From a virus: 64,000 nt of DNA. Shown one piece after another: positions 29,501 to 36,035 of the stretch. Within the stretch, counting starts at the first letter, position 1; every line of letters starts with the position of its first letter. The stretch lies in IMG/VR virus record IMGVR_UViG_3300013772_000002, positions 40,817 to 104,816 of that record. One strand, given 5' to 3'. Under the pieces are notes generated by a model. It did no database searches and was not told the origin of the DNA. It worked only from the letters and a program-made list of their open reading frames with translations. The position numbers and the translations under genes were made by a program.

Positions 29501-31461
29501 ATGCGGACGAGTACGGAGGAGGGAATAACGCGATGCTGCGCGTACCATATGATCACGTCAGCGCGCGGGATCACGGGAGCGACTATTCCGGAACCTACGC
29601 GCGCGAGGATATCCCGGCTAAGCACGTCGAGTATTACGGCGATGGCGCTTGGAAACCGATGGAACACCATCCCTCCCTCGCCGAAACGGAGAAATCACTC
29701 GCCAAGGCGACGACCTTCTCACTAAAGAATCTGCCGCCCGCCAAGCCGATTCATCACTACCGCCATCGCACCGATAGCGGGCACGAGCATCTCGGCGTCG
29801 TACCGACCGGCACACCTCATGGCGCGGGCGAACGACCCGAGCACGCTTCACCTGCCTGGCGACTGGCGACGACCGGACATGTCGATTTCTCTGGTACGAA
29901 CCATCAGGATCATCCCCGTCACCACCACACGCTGCTGCCGATTTACCAGGGAGAGCAGGGGCGGCACGACCTTCTCACTCACCATCGCTTCGCGGCGCAT
30001 ACCCGTCGCGCGCACGAACAGGGCGAGACGAAGGGATACTGGGATGAGTTGCCGGGACCCGAGGATGTGCCGACCTATGGTGACCGCGAGCACGCGGAAC
30101 ATGCCCTGGCGCATTACCGTCAAGCACGCGATACCGCCAAGCACGTGCATCATGCCGCCGATGGTGACGCGCGCCATGCCGACGCTGCCGGAAAATGGCA
30201 ACACTACGTCAGCGACCTCTCTGCCCTCCACCACAAACTGACGGGCAAGCATCCTGAACTGGACCTTCTCGAAGGCGATGTCAAGCGGATGCAGCGCGTT
30301 CACCAAATGCTGACATCAATGACCCCTGCCGATCTGGCGCGTGACGCGACAGCGGGCGTCCTTCCCCAGCCGGGCACGACTTTTCACCTGCACGCCGATC
30401 GGTCCGCTTTCGACGACGGTGACGTGGAAGCGCTCGACATGGCTGATAGCGCGATGGCCGGACTCGCTGATGAGATTGGGCGCGCCATCCCAACGGGAAT
30501 GCCGCTCGATGCTCGCAAGGGAGAGCGCGTCCGTACCGCGCGTCGCGCCTGGTTGCAACTGGCGCGAGATTTGAAGCGCCAGAGCGCGCTTCGTCACCAT
30601 GTCGCGGATACCGGACGCGCGCCACACGAGTCACTTTGGCACGATCTCGAAACGCCAGGTTCAGGAACGCCCTTTTACCGCCTTTCCCAAGGAGCGCTCA
30701 ATCGCAACGTCGATCGCCTCTTGCCCCAGCGTCGCCAACAGGATGCCGAACGCGCCTTGGGCATGACGTTCGCGCAGTTCGTCGCGGAGAAAATGCGCGA
30801 TACCGGAACGCAGGCGCCGCCCGAATTGGCGTCGATGAAACTGATTCAGTACTGCGACAAGATGCGCCCTGTCCATGGTGGCTCGCTCGATCAGTTGCGA
30901 CAAATACTCGCCCAGGGCGCTTTCGATATTCTTGGCACACAAGATCGCTCGGGCATCTCACACGCGACGCTCTCCGGCGATGAGGAAGCGTCCGGATTGG
31001 AGAACGCGGTTTTCCTCCAGGACGGTCCGCCCCATGGCGACCCGGAGTATATTGCCGTCTTTCACCCGCGCGTTCTCAGCCTCCACGGCGCGGTTGCGAT
31101 CCCGATCAATCATGTCTCGCTCGATTCCGGAAAGACTCTTCCACTCGATAACTTGCTCGTTTCTTGCGCCGACCGAGCCATTCGTGGTAAGATTATGATA
31201 GCCCTTGGCATTATGCCTGCTATTCTCGCCGGGCGCTGGGACGACCTCACCTCCGGCGCTTGGGCCGATCACGCGGGTTTGTGGTATGCCTTCCCCTTCG
31301 GCATCGCCCTCTCTGACATCACCCACTTGATTCTCGCACCCGGCACGGACGCTGACCGGGTTGCCGATATTACGCGACACGCTCATGCCGCCTCCCACAC
31401 CATTGAAGTAACGACGGGTCGCTACGCGGACGTCGTGACGCTGACCGCGGAGCGCAAGTGA
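20548..31461 (+). CDS. Giant (3637 aa) polyvalent protein: several ART-fold-like domains, a 2H phosphoesterase and tandem PGDYG-like domains
   Basis: Uninterrupted ORF after GGGAGG. Motifs: YHGTG..GPG(I/V)Y(L/M)TDNP..GYD (twice); LYHAV..NIINEGL; LYHST..SIARHGL; HITLAY twice; GDY(R/L) repeats. Confidence 0.85.
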   Translation: MPVTPSTIPPNNVPVRLAANAAQGTAPTMGQIHGISNDLKLVPSPNAGKTDLTPGVPGGMVPKLALNLPQRPRITADPVEDQPSANAFPVAGGGSPPPPAGSAVHRAVPRLFGGLNNANDLRLDYAAAVRHPDGDWFADGGYAPPRVTDDPLANRAYGAQRAAAHTSVAQGAPAAWVGPDGAVGHGISLHDREGNLIGHTMRHYHDDGAGGIATRMHPMTLAPGINPAVAHQHAHAEDQWLRGHGVTRKERSVGAGQEAHDAAREGYDFASPAQGYNATQRYHRYLMERGHTRAMNEWQDRLAAEGRDAMTPNEIVTHAPFQTQVTQRGENGHAEDFPTVGAGTAYMLEHQQPYEAVQDFDSPGDRIGVAQRAVEMSKSLAPPPMPKIDVHAEPPRGAYRIPPVPKPAPAQPKAAEPWHGTAERAAATWRSPTPEPEGWGKPKPPPESVTGPAVHGATPYANVTPTHIPHEPDAPPVHQMTQAEFLKTGHLLYPSSEDNGYGNTARMRLTPEIGGNLNRYAEEVGGASVRGRHRKAGNSDPTGGGRPPEHAAIQTERRADLRAAMEKHGVLWHHDEQGNPQRIDNLDALPEHIHDNGNIFAFPPDAPKQDAKTVWGSGFRADQGHSPYSDEPDTSEDMTDSYTAGHHGKVVDHNFLFDADDDFEENEHEGTPKKPAPDPKVVLARRDMIGNNGKKVHANLVRAALMHGDEHVPDSVLADYPGLREKVDAERLEKFRPQMEYNATLRPHLDDFAVKARKFIQNSVDKKMEGHLAAVKRDKPNHIPEYGDFDTHPSASDRRLAALDYETVAPFDVPDAHAAMESWPKGARELPKVGQLAKHYDAHAALTRHHSGADLYHYTVSPGHFSDFQPERKTEYEPETSSRNATYLAETPFGAATGGRGGSENPDPYWGDVPPAHSSPPPTLPLVGHPERRDYSHPGTRVFAVKHHGLRTLGEDIPKHPIANEAEWHSHRALIRRLAEKRDAIKDPKVRERAKELIEQHRLGLDGHVDATQFAMRWHDAENPLTQAAAKALGYNNLIVADETGHSSAVMDQSKIKVGQPVASILRAYEPGDLAKTLVHSLAPNAKKNDETWRDLVTLRELGKDELDEHIARHQGITKSVPVARPGTAAQIPTPTSPPHIPTLPTQTATPIPKHTSTISPPDAPGETLGKPPKDERSMAQYLNFKDLYHGTGMPHLEPSILDSKKVSAGSLFGPGIYLTDNPTVAQGYARDSEGKTGYEYPTVYHGKTNLRRVLDLEQPAPRRVRTLFRRAAAKVPAGHHASYPEGQMADALIDPATKTEDLYRHLLNAHSYVPHSDADHPYRQVNDELARMGYDGLTHMGGGRRGGGNMHRVAIVLDPQGRNRKRVAISVKKLIPQFQGNEASPYPNLQYGADAVKRKRAYIEDLHETARDFRQSPDVWSVPSGQPRYLREALDAVKTRHDPHDTMPDGYDPRRLLAQQGGMYDWARNTLAGGKLTGNDAHFPHDHDLLWGHSIVADKGKGGPEQAENYDAHRDESQNALRREAHPWLAQRIMEAAKRDKWFTPPDEEATKTLSGGLADMLLKALVHTPSSPTPPSIDQAPHSARLTAQYAADPTQMTRAQFRAPPPVAPEGRRMLYHAVRDPAVIPNIINEGLDPTRARSDMDGGSNVIWSAASRTGYGPEAHKVAFHVPEDDRSVERAGGPGEDAHYRVTRPILPHEIAQVDRPYHTAVSGGNTLGAQRASHYADAYHEHIIQEALDRGDPVPEHVRAEYPHLSPPDKEPTTWRDNVNLTPLGDDELNEHIARHAELNKSIPQAPPGTAATLPPPKPPPTTTPTPTTPMVPRKVSPAKTDWRSLETPQSEERAMAQRLNRTDFYHGTGMPHLEPTNLDSGKTKASGLYGPGVYMTDNPTVAQGYAKDSRGKAGSEFPVVYHGKTNFRRVLDADREAPRHVRDIFRKVAKPFTDDVDTDAEKYETFDGHLNDPTTPTTKLYRALRPMIEDVDDYSEEDHPFRQVNRALASHGYDAITHLGGGIRGNVRHRVAIALDPQREDRQRPVSPIKKLEPKFQEGDASHYPNLNYSSTLHQKYLDELHATARDFRYPGSAPDAGDATDVTDALSRVKYKHDPGNTAPESVDDRGVSMTTKLRRRARLYHWAREIEEQGHDADLPFDDAQVPNEHGMLSGHGVVSHDNPDEEQVREYENKRQEGDHFRGQPSYLRMGAHPWLANRIMETAKRDKWFEPPKVEATKSFAELLLKTFVHTPLTAPSGLSGRSFATVLVTSLDGNHEIRKASVPPPPASVPASTVVAHNTNWFRRPSGETGTTATKTAAIKAQGGLTLTGNNKAPMTQEFNRRLGRAPESLFTTRTGDNTLDTMRENGIRPEASLAEHADAFRDKLYLGIPHDTYGRLKVDDMWSLPSTRGASQNPEAIASDRRVYEQNRRPLAAHDAFHRGVNPKHGGIREYNEIPIDRTAHPSGHFPLDHLAFGHDIVEGALAEDPQTTVHDYLHKHLAPHLAERFGYQLPAHDISALAGLDDSDFSGVQYDYNGRSPLPIDHWDGEELPQGIKDLGWHTPQVEKSFAKSNAAQTGVMIGLWVPKEAAEKLAMPDGEESDELHITLAYLGKLGEDVDQQTVTRMTNAVRRWAANQSPFVGHVEDGGRFPASEGSDGKDVLFAVPEIDGLREARTDLCRQLKKAKIEWKQDHGFTPHITLAYVDQGGKWPADGPAETQLTFTHVTVCAGPDRTAIPFKGIAKVHKDGAIGEGWGTYKKTGAVKAEKMDAAFTVATKEGKASGKAGDYRVTGIDGEQWPIPATDLSRFYRPTKEAGVYRSVGTPVRAKKMTETFTVKIDNGEQLHGKIGDYLIEGKDGARWVVDSHIFARTYEAVTGVSLAKTLIHAMSGSSTPAVQRSPTTPIAAPAPAMSPKAENVNYASLPKEHPFWEGSDDHLYHSTPADNLPSIARHGLHTNIPFNDYEDDENPDAPGAWPEGGSEPRTYFGDSPRNADEYGGGNNAMLRVPYDHVSARDHGSDYSGTYAREDIPAKHVEYYGDGAWKPMEHHPSLAETEKSLAKATTFSLKNLPPAKPIHHYRHRTDSGHEHLGVVPTGTPHGAGERPEHASPAWRLATTGHVDFSGTNHQDHPRHHHTLLPIYQGEQGRHDLLTHHRFAAHTRRAHEQGETKGYWDELPGPEDVPTYGDREHAEHALAHYRQARDTAKHVHHAADGDARHADAAGKWQHYVSDLSALHHKLTGKHPELDLLEGDVKRMQRVHQMLTSMTPADLARDATAGVLPQPGTTFHLHADRSAFDDGDVEALDMADSAMAGLADEIGRAIPTGMPLDARKGERVRTARRAWLQLARDLKRQSALRHHVADTGRAPHESLWHDLETPGSGTPFYRLSQGALNRNVDRLLPQRRQQDAERALGMTFAQFVAEKMRDTGTQAPPELASMKLIQYCDKMRPVHGGSLDQLRQILAQGAFDILGTQDRSGISHATLSGDEEASGLENAVFLQDGPPHGDPEYIAVFHPRVLSLHGAVAIPINHVSLDSGKTLPLDNLLVSCADRAIRGKIMIALGIMPAILAGRWDDLTSGAWADHAGLWYAFPFGIALSDITHLILAPGTDADRVADITRHAHAASHTIEVTTGRYADVVTLTAERK
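23821..27212 (+). repeat. Diverged internal duplication (~1.36 kb units at ~23821-25180 and ~25843-27212)
   Basis: Both units run from TWRD..DEL.EHIARH through YHGTGMPHLEP and TDNPTVAQGYA to AHPWLA.RIME.AKRDKWF. Confidence 0.9.
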
Positions 31462-31781
31462 TCCCGTTTGACGAGAAAACATCATTGACTGATTTGAGGG
31501 AGCTTTACCCGGACCCCCCTCATAATTTGGTGGTATCTTCGCCGCCCTTAATACATCATGGCTACTTTCTCGGTCACGCGACGGTTTGTGTTCCCGCTCT
31601 CAAAGAATGCCTGGAGATCGCGAAGAAACGCGGCGACCAGGCCGCCGTCGCGCACCTACGCGCCCATGCTCAGGCATATGCCAAGTGGAAGAAAGAGCGC
31701 ACCGATGCGCGCTCAGTCCAGGAGTCGGCAACGCGCCGCTCCACCGGACCACGCCCCCAAACGATGCCGTCTGGCATCTAG
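31458..31781 (+). CDS. hypothetical protein
   Basis: GTGA overlap with the stop of the giant gene; 107 aa. Confidence 0.55.
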   Translation: MIPFDEKTSLTDLRELYPDPPHNLVVSSPPLIHHGYFLGHATVCVPALKECLEIAKKRGDQAAVAHLRAHAQAYAKWKKERTDARSVQESATRRSTGPRPQTMPSGI

Positions 31782-31807
31782 TCCCGCATTCCCGCAGCGA
31801 GGTTTGA

Positions 31808-34800
31808 ATGGTAACGAAACGATCGCCTGTGGACGATCTTGGAAAAAATCCAGATACGTCCCCCGACTACAGCGCGTACGGTCGCTGGGGGAAACAGCTC
31901 ACTGACGAGCCGTTTCAAATAAGCCGTCATGGCAAAGGCGGTGTTCCCCATTTCGATCCGGACAACAATGTCTCTTATGACAAACCTGCCCAGGGACATA
32001 AGCCCAAACCAATTGTGGACCCAGCCGGCAAGACCGTCAAACTCGGCAACGACCAGCATGGCTTTCTGCAGGTCTTTCAGCAGGCGGCACTGAAAACGGG
32101 CGTGACCGTGCCCACTCACGTGCTCGTCCTGATGAGTGATGCCGCGAACGCCGCCGCCAAGACGAGCGTTGACGATTTGCGCGCCCACATGGAGCGCGGC
32201 ACCAAGGGCGCCCATCGGGAACATGCTCGGACGCGGATGTATAACGAGCCCTTCCTAGCGGCGTTGAAGGTCGGCGAACAGCACCTGCAAGGTCAGGACT
32301 TGCGCAAATTGATGACGCGTGCCGCCGGTGGGTTTCGTGATGGGGCATCACATAGTCTCTCCGACGGTACCGAGTCGCCGATTCCCCTTCCCCTCGCTTC
32401 GGTTGCTCGTCATCACCTGACAGGTGGTGAACGGCGGGATGGTCTGGACGTCAAGGACATCCTCGATGAGCGCGACAAACCCTTCCATGACGGTCTGAAG
32501 AAGTACCAGAAGGCGAGCGAGGCGGCGGCCAAGAATCCCGCCTCCACCGCGCATATGCAAGCGGCTGCCGCGCATCGCTCTTCGCTCGGTGAACTGGGTA
32601 AGCACCACACCGATCATCTCAATCAATTGCGTCAGCGTACCAAGGATGAGGACGCGAAGCGACCCGCCGCCGAAAAGGAGCAGCGCTCTCGCGAGGTCGC
32701 CGGGCAATGGGATCAGGAAGCGGACGCGAACCTGCAACCAATGAGCGACCAGGAATTGGCTTCATTAAAAGAAGTTGTCCAGCGTCTCGTCGCTGATCCG
32801 TCGCAGTTCGCCGAGGTGAACGCACTACCGAACGCGGCACAGGGCGGTAAGGCGCACGACTCGGGACGCGCTTCCATCGTCCGCGCCCTCGAAGAGGCGG
32901 TTAAGTCGGAATCGGCTCGCCCACCCGATCAGCGTACTCCTGCCGAGACCCTGATCGCGCGCACGCTCGTTCGTGCCATGGCACCGCGTGCGAATGCACA
33001 TATCAGTCGTGCCGAGAAGACGGGTGAGGCGAAGAACTACCACGTGCTTGCTCACCGAGACATTCATACCGATCGGCATGCGATCGCGCGCGCGATCGTC
33101 GAGTCCGCGCACAATACGCCGGATCAATCAATATGCGCGATCATGCATCTCGACGCTTATAGGGTCGCTCGCTATATCACTGCCAGCCTCCCCGGACCCG
33201 ACGATATGCTCCGCCATCTGACCGAGCAAGGGCGCGTGAAGCCGAAACCACCCGACGCCAAGGACCCAAAATTGATGCCCGGCGGTAAAAAGCCAGGCGC
33301 GAGTGGTGATCCGAAAACTGCCGGAGCAGGCGTACCTCCACTCATCCTCAAGGCGAACAACGTCCCTTTTCTAAAAGCCTCCGGGTGGGAGGGTGCCGAC
33401 CAATGGTCGCGTTCACGCCCCCGCTCCGGAGGCGGTAAGCCGACCCTCTATCGCGATCAGCGTCCCGCCAACCTTGGCGCCGTCCAAGTTGACGCATCAA
33501 ACTCAACGCCGGTCCGCAATGCGCTCGGACGTGGATTCGATGATGACCAGGCAATGCGCGACGCACGCGACACTTTCAACACGATGCGGGACAAACATCT
33601 TTCCCAGCCATTGAGCGCGCGTGACGATTCGCACATTCCCGAGATGGTTGCACACGGTACCGACCTCCTCCATGGCCCGATGGCGCCGATGCGCCGCCAG
33701 ATGAACAAGATCGGCGGTCCTGAACTCGTCCACCGCTTCCTGACCCACTATGGAGCACATCCACGCGACAGTTACGACGAGACGATGCCGCACAAACACT
33801 TCGATGACCACGTCGGTCGCGCGGCGGGCAATGCAATCGCCGATCATCTCTATGATGAGGAGTATGGCAAGGCACGGCAGGGCGCGGAGGACGATTATAC
33901 CGCGCGACGAGACTCGCACAAAATATCTCCTGATACCCAGAAGGAAATTGATGATGTCCATCGCCGCTACTCCAATCCTGGCAGCAGCACCGACTGGACG
34001 CGCAAGGTTCGCTTGCATGAGAAAGAGGCTCATATCAACAACATTATTCGTAACCAGTCAGCGACAGAACCTGGCGTTAATGAGACTGGGGGACAAAAGT
34101 TTCTGCGCGAACTTCGTGACTCGACGCGCGGTCAGATGGACGTGATGACGCGTTCGGCCCGTAATCCCGCTACCGCGATTTTTGGTGATCTTGGCGGTCG
34201 TGCAATGGATGCCGTTCAACGCGGCATTGACTTGCGTCGCGCACACAAAACCGCGCTCGATGCCGTCAAGAAACGGATGAATGGACTCTATTCGCGCGCT
34301 GAGGCCGAGCAATCAGCGCCTGCGTTTACGCCGACCGCCCCGTCGGGTGGTGGACCCGTCGGTGGTAAGACGTCCAATTATAGCCGGACTGGACCGATGG
34401 TGCCGACGACGCGGCGGTATGGCGGACAAAAACGCGCGGAACCCGTGGTCGAACAACCGCCTGCGCGCATTCTCCGTGACCCGCGCGCCATGACTCGAGC
34501 GGGCATGAACGGGTCTAATGCGCCGACGCTTTCCCCCGAACGTGTCGTACGCGATCCGCGTGCAATGACGCGCCAGGGTGAATCAGATACCCCATCGATC
34601 GCCAGCAACGGTGCGACGCCAATGGTGCCTGCCGCGCGCGCGCACGTAGAATCACCGACCGAGTCCGTTACGAACGTCGATCCAGCGAAGACGCAGATGC
34701 GTTCCCTGGATGACGGCACCAACGCGCGCCCAGAGGCACAGCCCGTTCGTCGCGCATTGCCCGTCGGCGGCGGCGGGCACGGCGGCTCCGACGGGCGGTT

Positions 34801-36025
34801 CATCGCTGACACCCTCGCTACCCTCTCCCGATACGCCAACGCGACCGGAAATCCTGCGAGGCATCGGACACCCGGCGGCGCCGACGCGCGCCTAGCCGCC
34901 AACGCGCGCGAGAACGCCAACGCGCGCCTAGAGGAACAGCCTGTTCGTCGCGCTAACCCGCACGTCGCCGCACCGCCCGACGTAGGGCGTGGTGACGATC
35001 CAACTGGGGAGATCACCGAGGGCGTTCCTCCAACGAATGCCCCTTCCCCAGGCGGGTCGCCACCAATGGACGCGACACCAACATTGGCCGCCGATCCGCC
35101 CGCCGCGACTCCCAATCGCGCGCGGGAGTGGGCAGACTCGATGCTTTCCGGCAAGGGGCGGCGCGTTACGGTCCCACAACACGTGCGTCAGGCTGCCAAC
35201 GATCTGGGCGTCCCGTACGATCCGAACTTGACTGCACGAGAGTTTGCGAAACTCATTCGTGACGGCGAAGGTGGTGCGGTGACGTCGGGCGCAACGCCAA
35301 CACTGACCACCACCCCGCCACCTTCGCCTCTCGCCGCGCCGTCATCTACCGCCGACAGTGGATCGACCGTCCAGGGAAAACGCGCACGAGATATTGCGAC
35401 CGGAGTAGTCCCTGTTCCCACTCCACCCGTCATCAGTGGCGCGAACTTGACTGGCAGGGATGCAAGGGATGCATACGGCCAAAGCCAGGAAGTCGCCACT
35501 CACAAGAAACTTGGTACCTATGTCCTTCACCCCCACGAGGACGGCTATCGGATCAGTCGAGATGATGGCAGTGAGCCGATGAGTCTCAAAGCCATCAAGG
35601 GGCACGACGTCTTCCCGACCAAGGAAGAAGCACTCGATCACTTCCAGTCAGCCAAGGGACACATCCCCGGTTACAATCTCTCGCATTCTTACTTCGGCGA
35701 TACCGCTGCACCGGAGGACGATGAAGAGCCTACATCACCACCGCCTGCTCCCGCCACACCACCGCCCCCGCCATCTGCACCGACACCTACCCAAGAGCCG
35801 ACCATTCCGCCTCCCGCGCCACCATCCAGTTTCGACTATAGCGACGTTAACGTTCCACGACGCTCGTTGCGCGCCGGTACTCCGATTACAACGTCATCGA
35901 CCCCGGAACCACCTGAATCAAAAGCCCCGAAAGTAGTAAAGCCAAAGAGCTACAGTGTTGCAGATTTGCTCGCCGCTAAGAGCATGACCCCGATGCTCAC
36001 CTACGACCGTATGCCTCACGCATAG
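31808..36025 (+). CDS. large low-complexity protein (1405 aa), putative internal virion protein
   Basis: Long ORF rich in Pro/Ala/Arg/His, with ILKA, FLKA and AAKS motifs. Confidence 0.75.
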   Translation: MVTKRSPVDDLGKNPDTSPDYSAYGRWGKQLTDEPFQISRHGKGGVPHFDPDNNVSYDKPAQGHKPKPIVDPAGKTVKLGNDQHGFLQVFQQAALKTGVTVPTHVLVLMSDAANAAAKTSVDDLRAHMERGTKGAHREHARTRMYNEPFLAALKVGEQHLQGQDLRKLMTRAAGGFRDGASHSLSDGTESPIPLPLASVARHHLTGGERRDGLDVKDILDERDKPFHDGLKKYQKASEAAAKNPASTAHMQAAAAHRSSLGELGKHHTDHLNQLRQRTKDEDAKRPAAEKEQRSREVAGQWDQEADANLQPMSDQELASLKEVVQRLVADPSQFAEVNALPNAAQGGKAHDSGRASIVRALEEAVKSESARPPDQRTPAETLIARTLVRAMAPRANAHISRAEKTGEAKNYHVLAHRDIHTDRHAIARAIVESAHNTPDQSICAIMHLDAYRVARYITASLPGPDDMLRHLTEQGRVKPKPPDAKDPKLMPGGKKPGASGDPKTAGAGVPPLILKANNVPFLKASGWEGADQWSRSRPRSGGGKPTLYRDQRPANLGAVQVDASNSTPVRNALGRGFDDDQAMRDARDTFNTMRDKHLSQPLSARDDSHIPEMVAHGTDLLHGPMAPMRRQMNKIGGPELVHRFLTHYGAHPRDSYDETMPHKHFDDHVGRAAGNAIADHLYDEEYGKARQGAEDDYTARRDSHKISPDTQKEIDDVHRRYSNPGSSTDWTRKVRLHEKEAHINNIIRNQSATEPGVNETGGQKFLRELRDSTRGQMDVMTRSARNPATAIFGDLGGRAMDAVQRGIDLRRAHKTALDAVKKRMNGLYSRAEAEQSAPAFTPTAPSGGGPVGGKTSNYSRTGPMVPTTRRYGGQKRAEPVVEQPPARILRDPRAMTRAGMNGSNAPTLSPERVVRDPRAMTRQGESDTPSIASNGATPMVPAARAHVESPTESVTNVDPAKTQMRSLDDGTNARPEAQPVRRALPVGGGGHGGSDGRFIADTLATLSRYANATGNPARHRTPGGADARLAANARENANARLEEQPVRRANPHVAAPPDVGRGDDPTGEITEGVPPTNAPSPGGSPPMDATPTLAADPPAATPNRAREWADSMLSGKGRRVTVPQHVRQAANDLGVPYDPNLTAREFAKLIRDGEGGAVTSGATPTLTTTPPPSPLAAPSSTADSGSTVQGKRARDIATGVVPVPTPPVISGANLTGRDARDAYGQSQEVATHKKLGTYVLHPHEDGYRISRDDGSEPMSLKAIKGHDVFPTKEEALDHFQSAKGHIPGYNLSHSYFGDTAAPEDDEEPTSPPPAPATPPPPPSAPTPTQEPTIPPPAPPSSFDYSDVNVPRRSLRAGTPITTSSTPEPPESKAPKVVKPKSYSVADLLAAKSMTPMLTYDRMPHA

Positions 36026-36035
36026 GAGAAGACCC

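Noticed and set aside
20548-31461. Giant ORF as a tape measure, tail fibre or virion RNA polymerase
   Set aside because: A true tape measure lies at 55449. The giant ORF has no fibre repeats or recognisable RNAP catalytic motifs.
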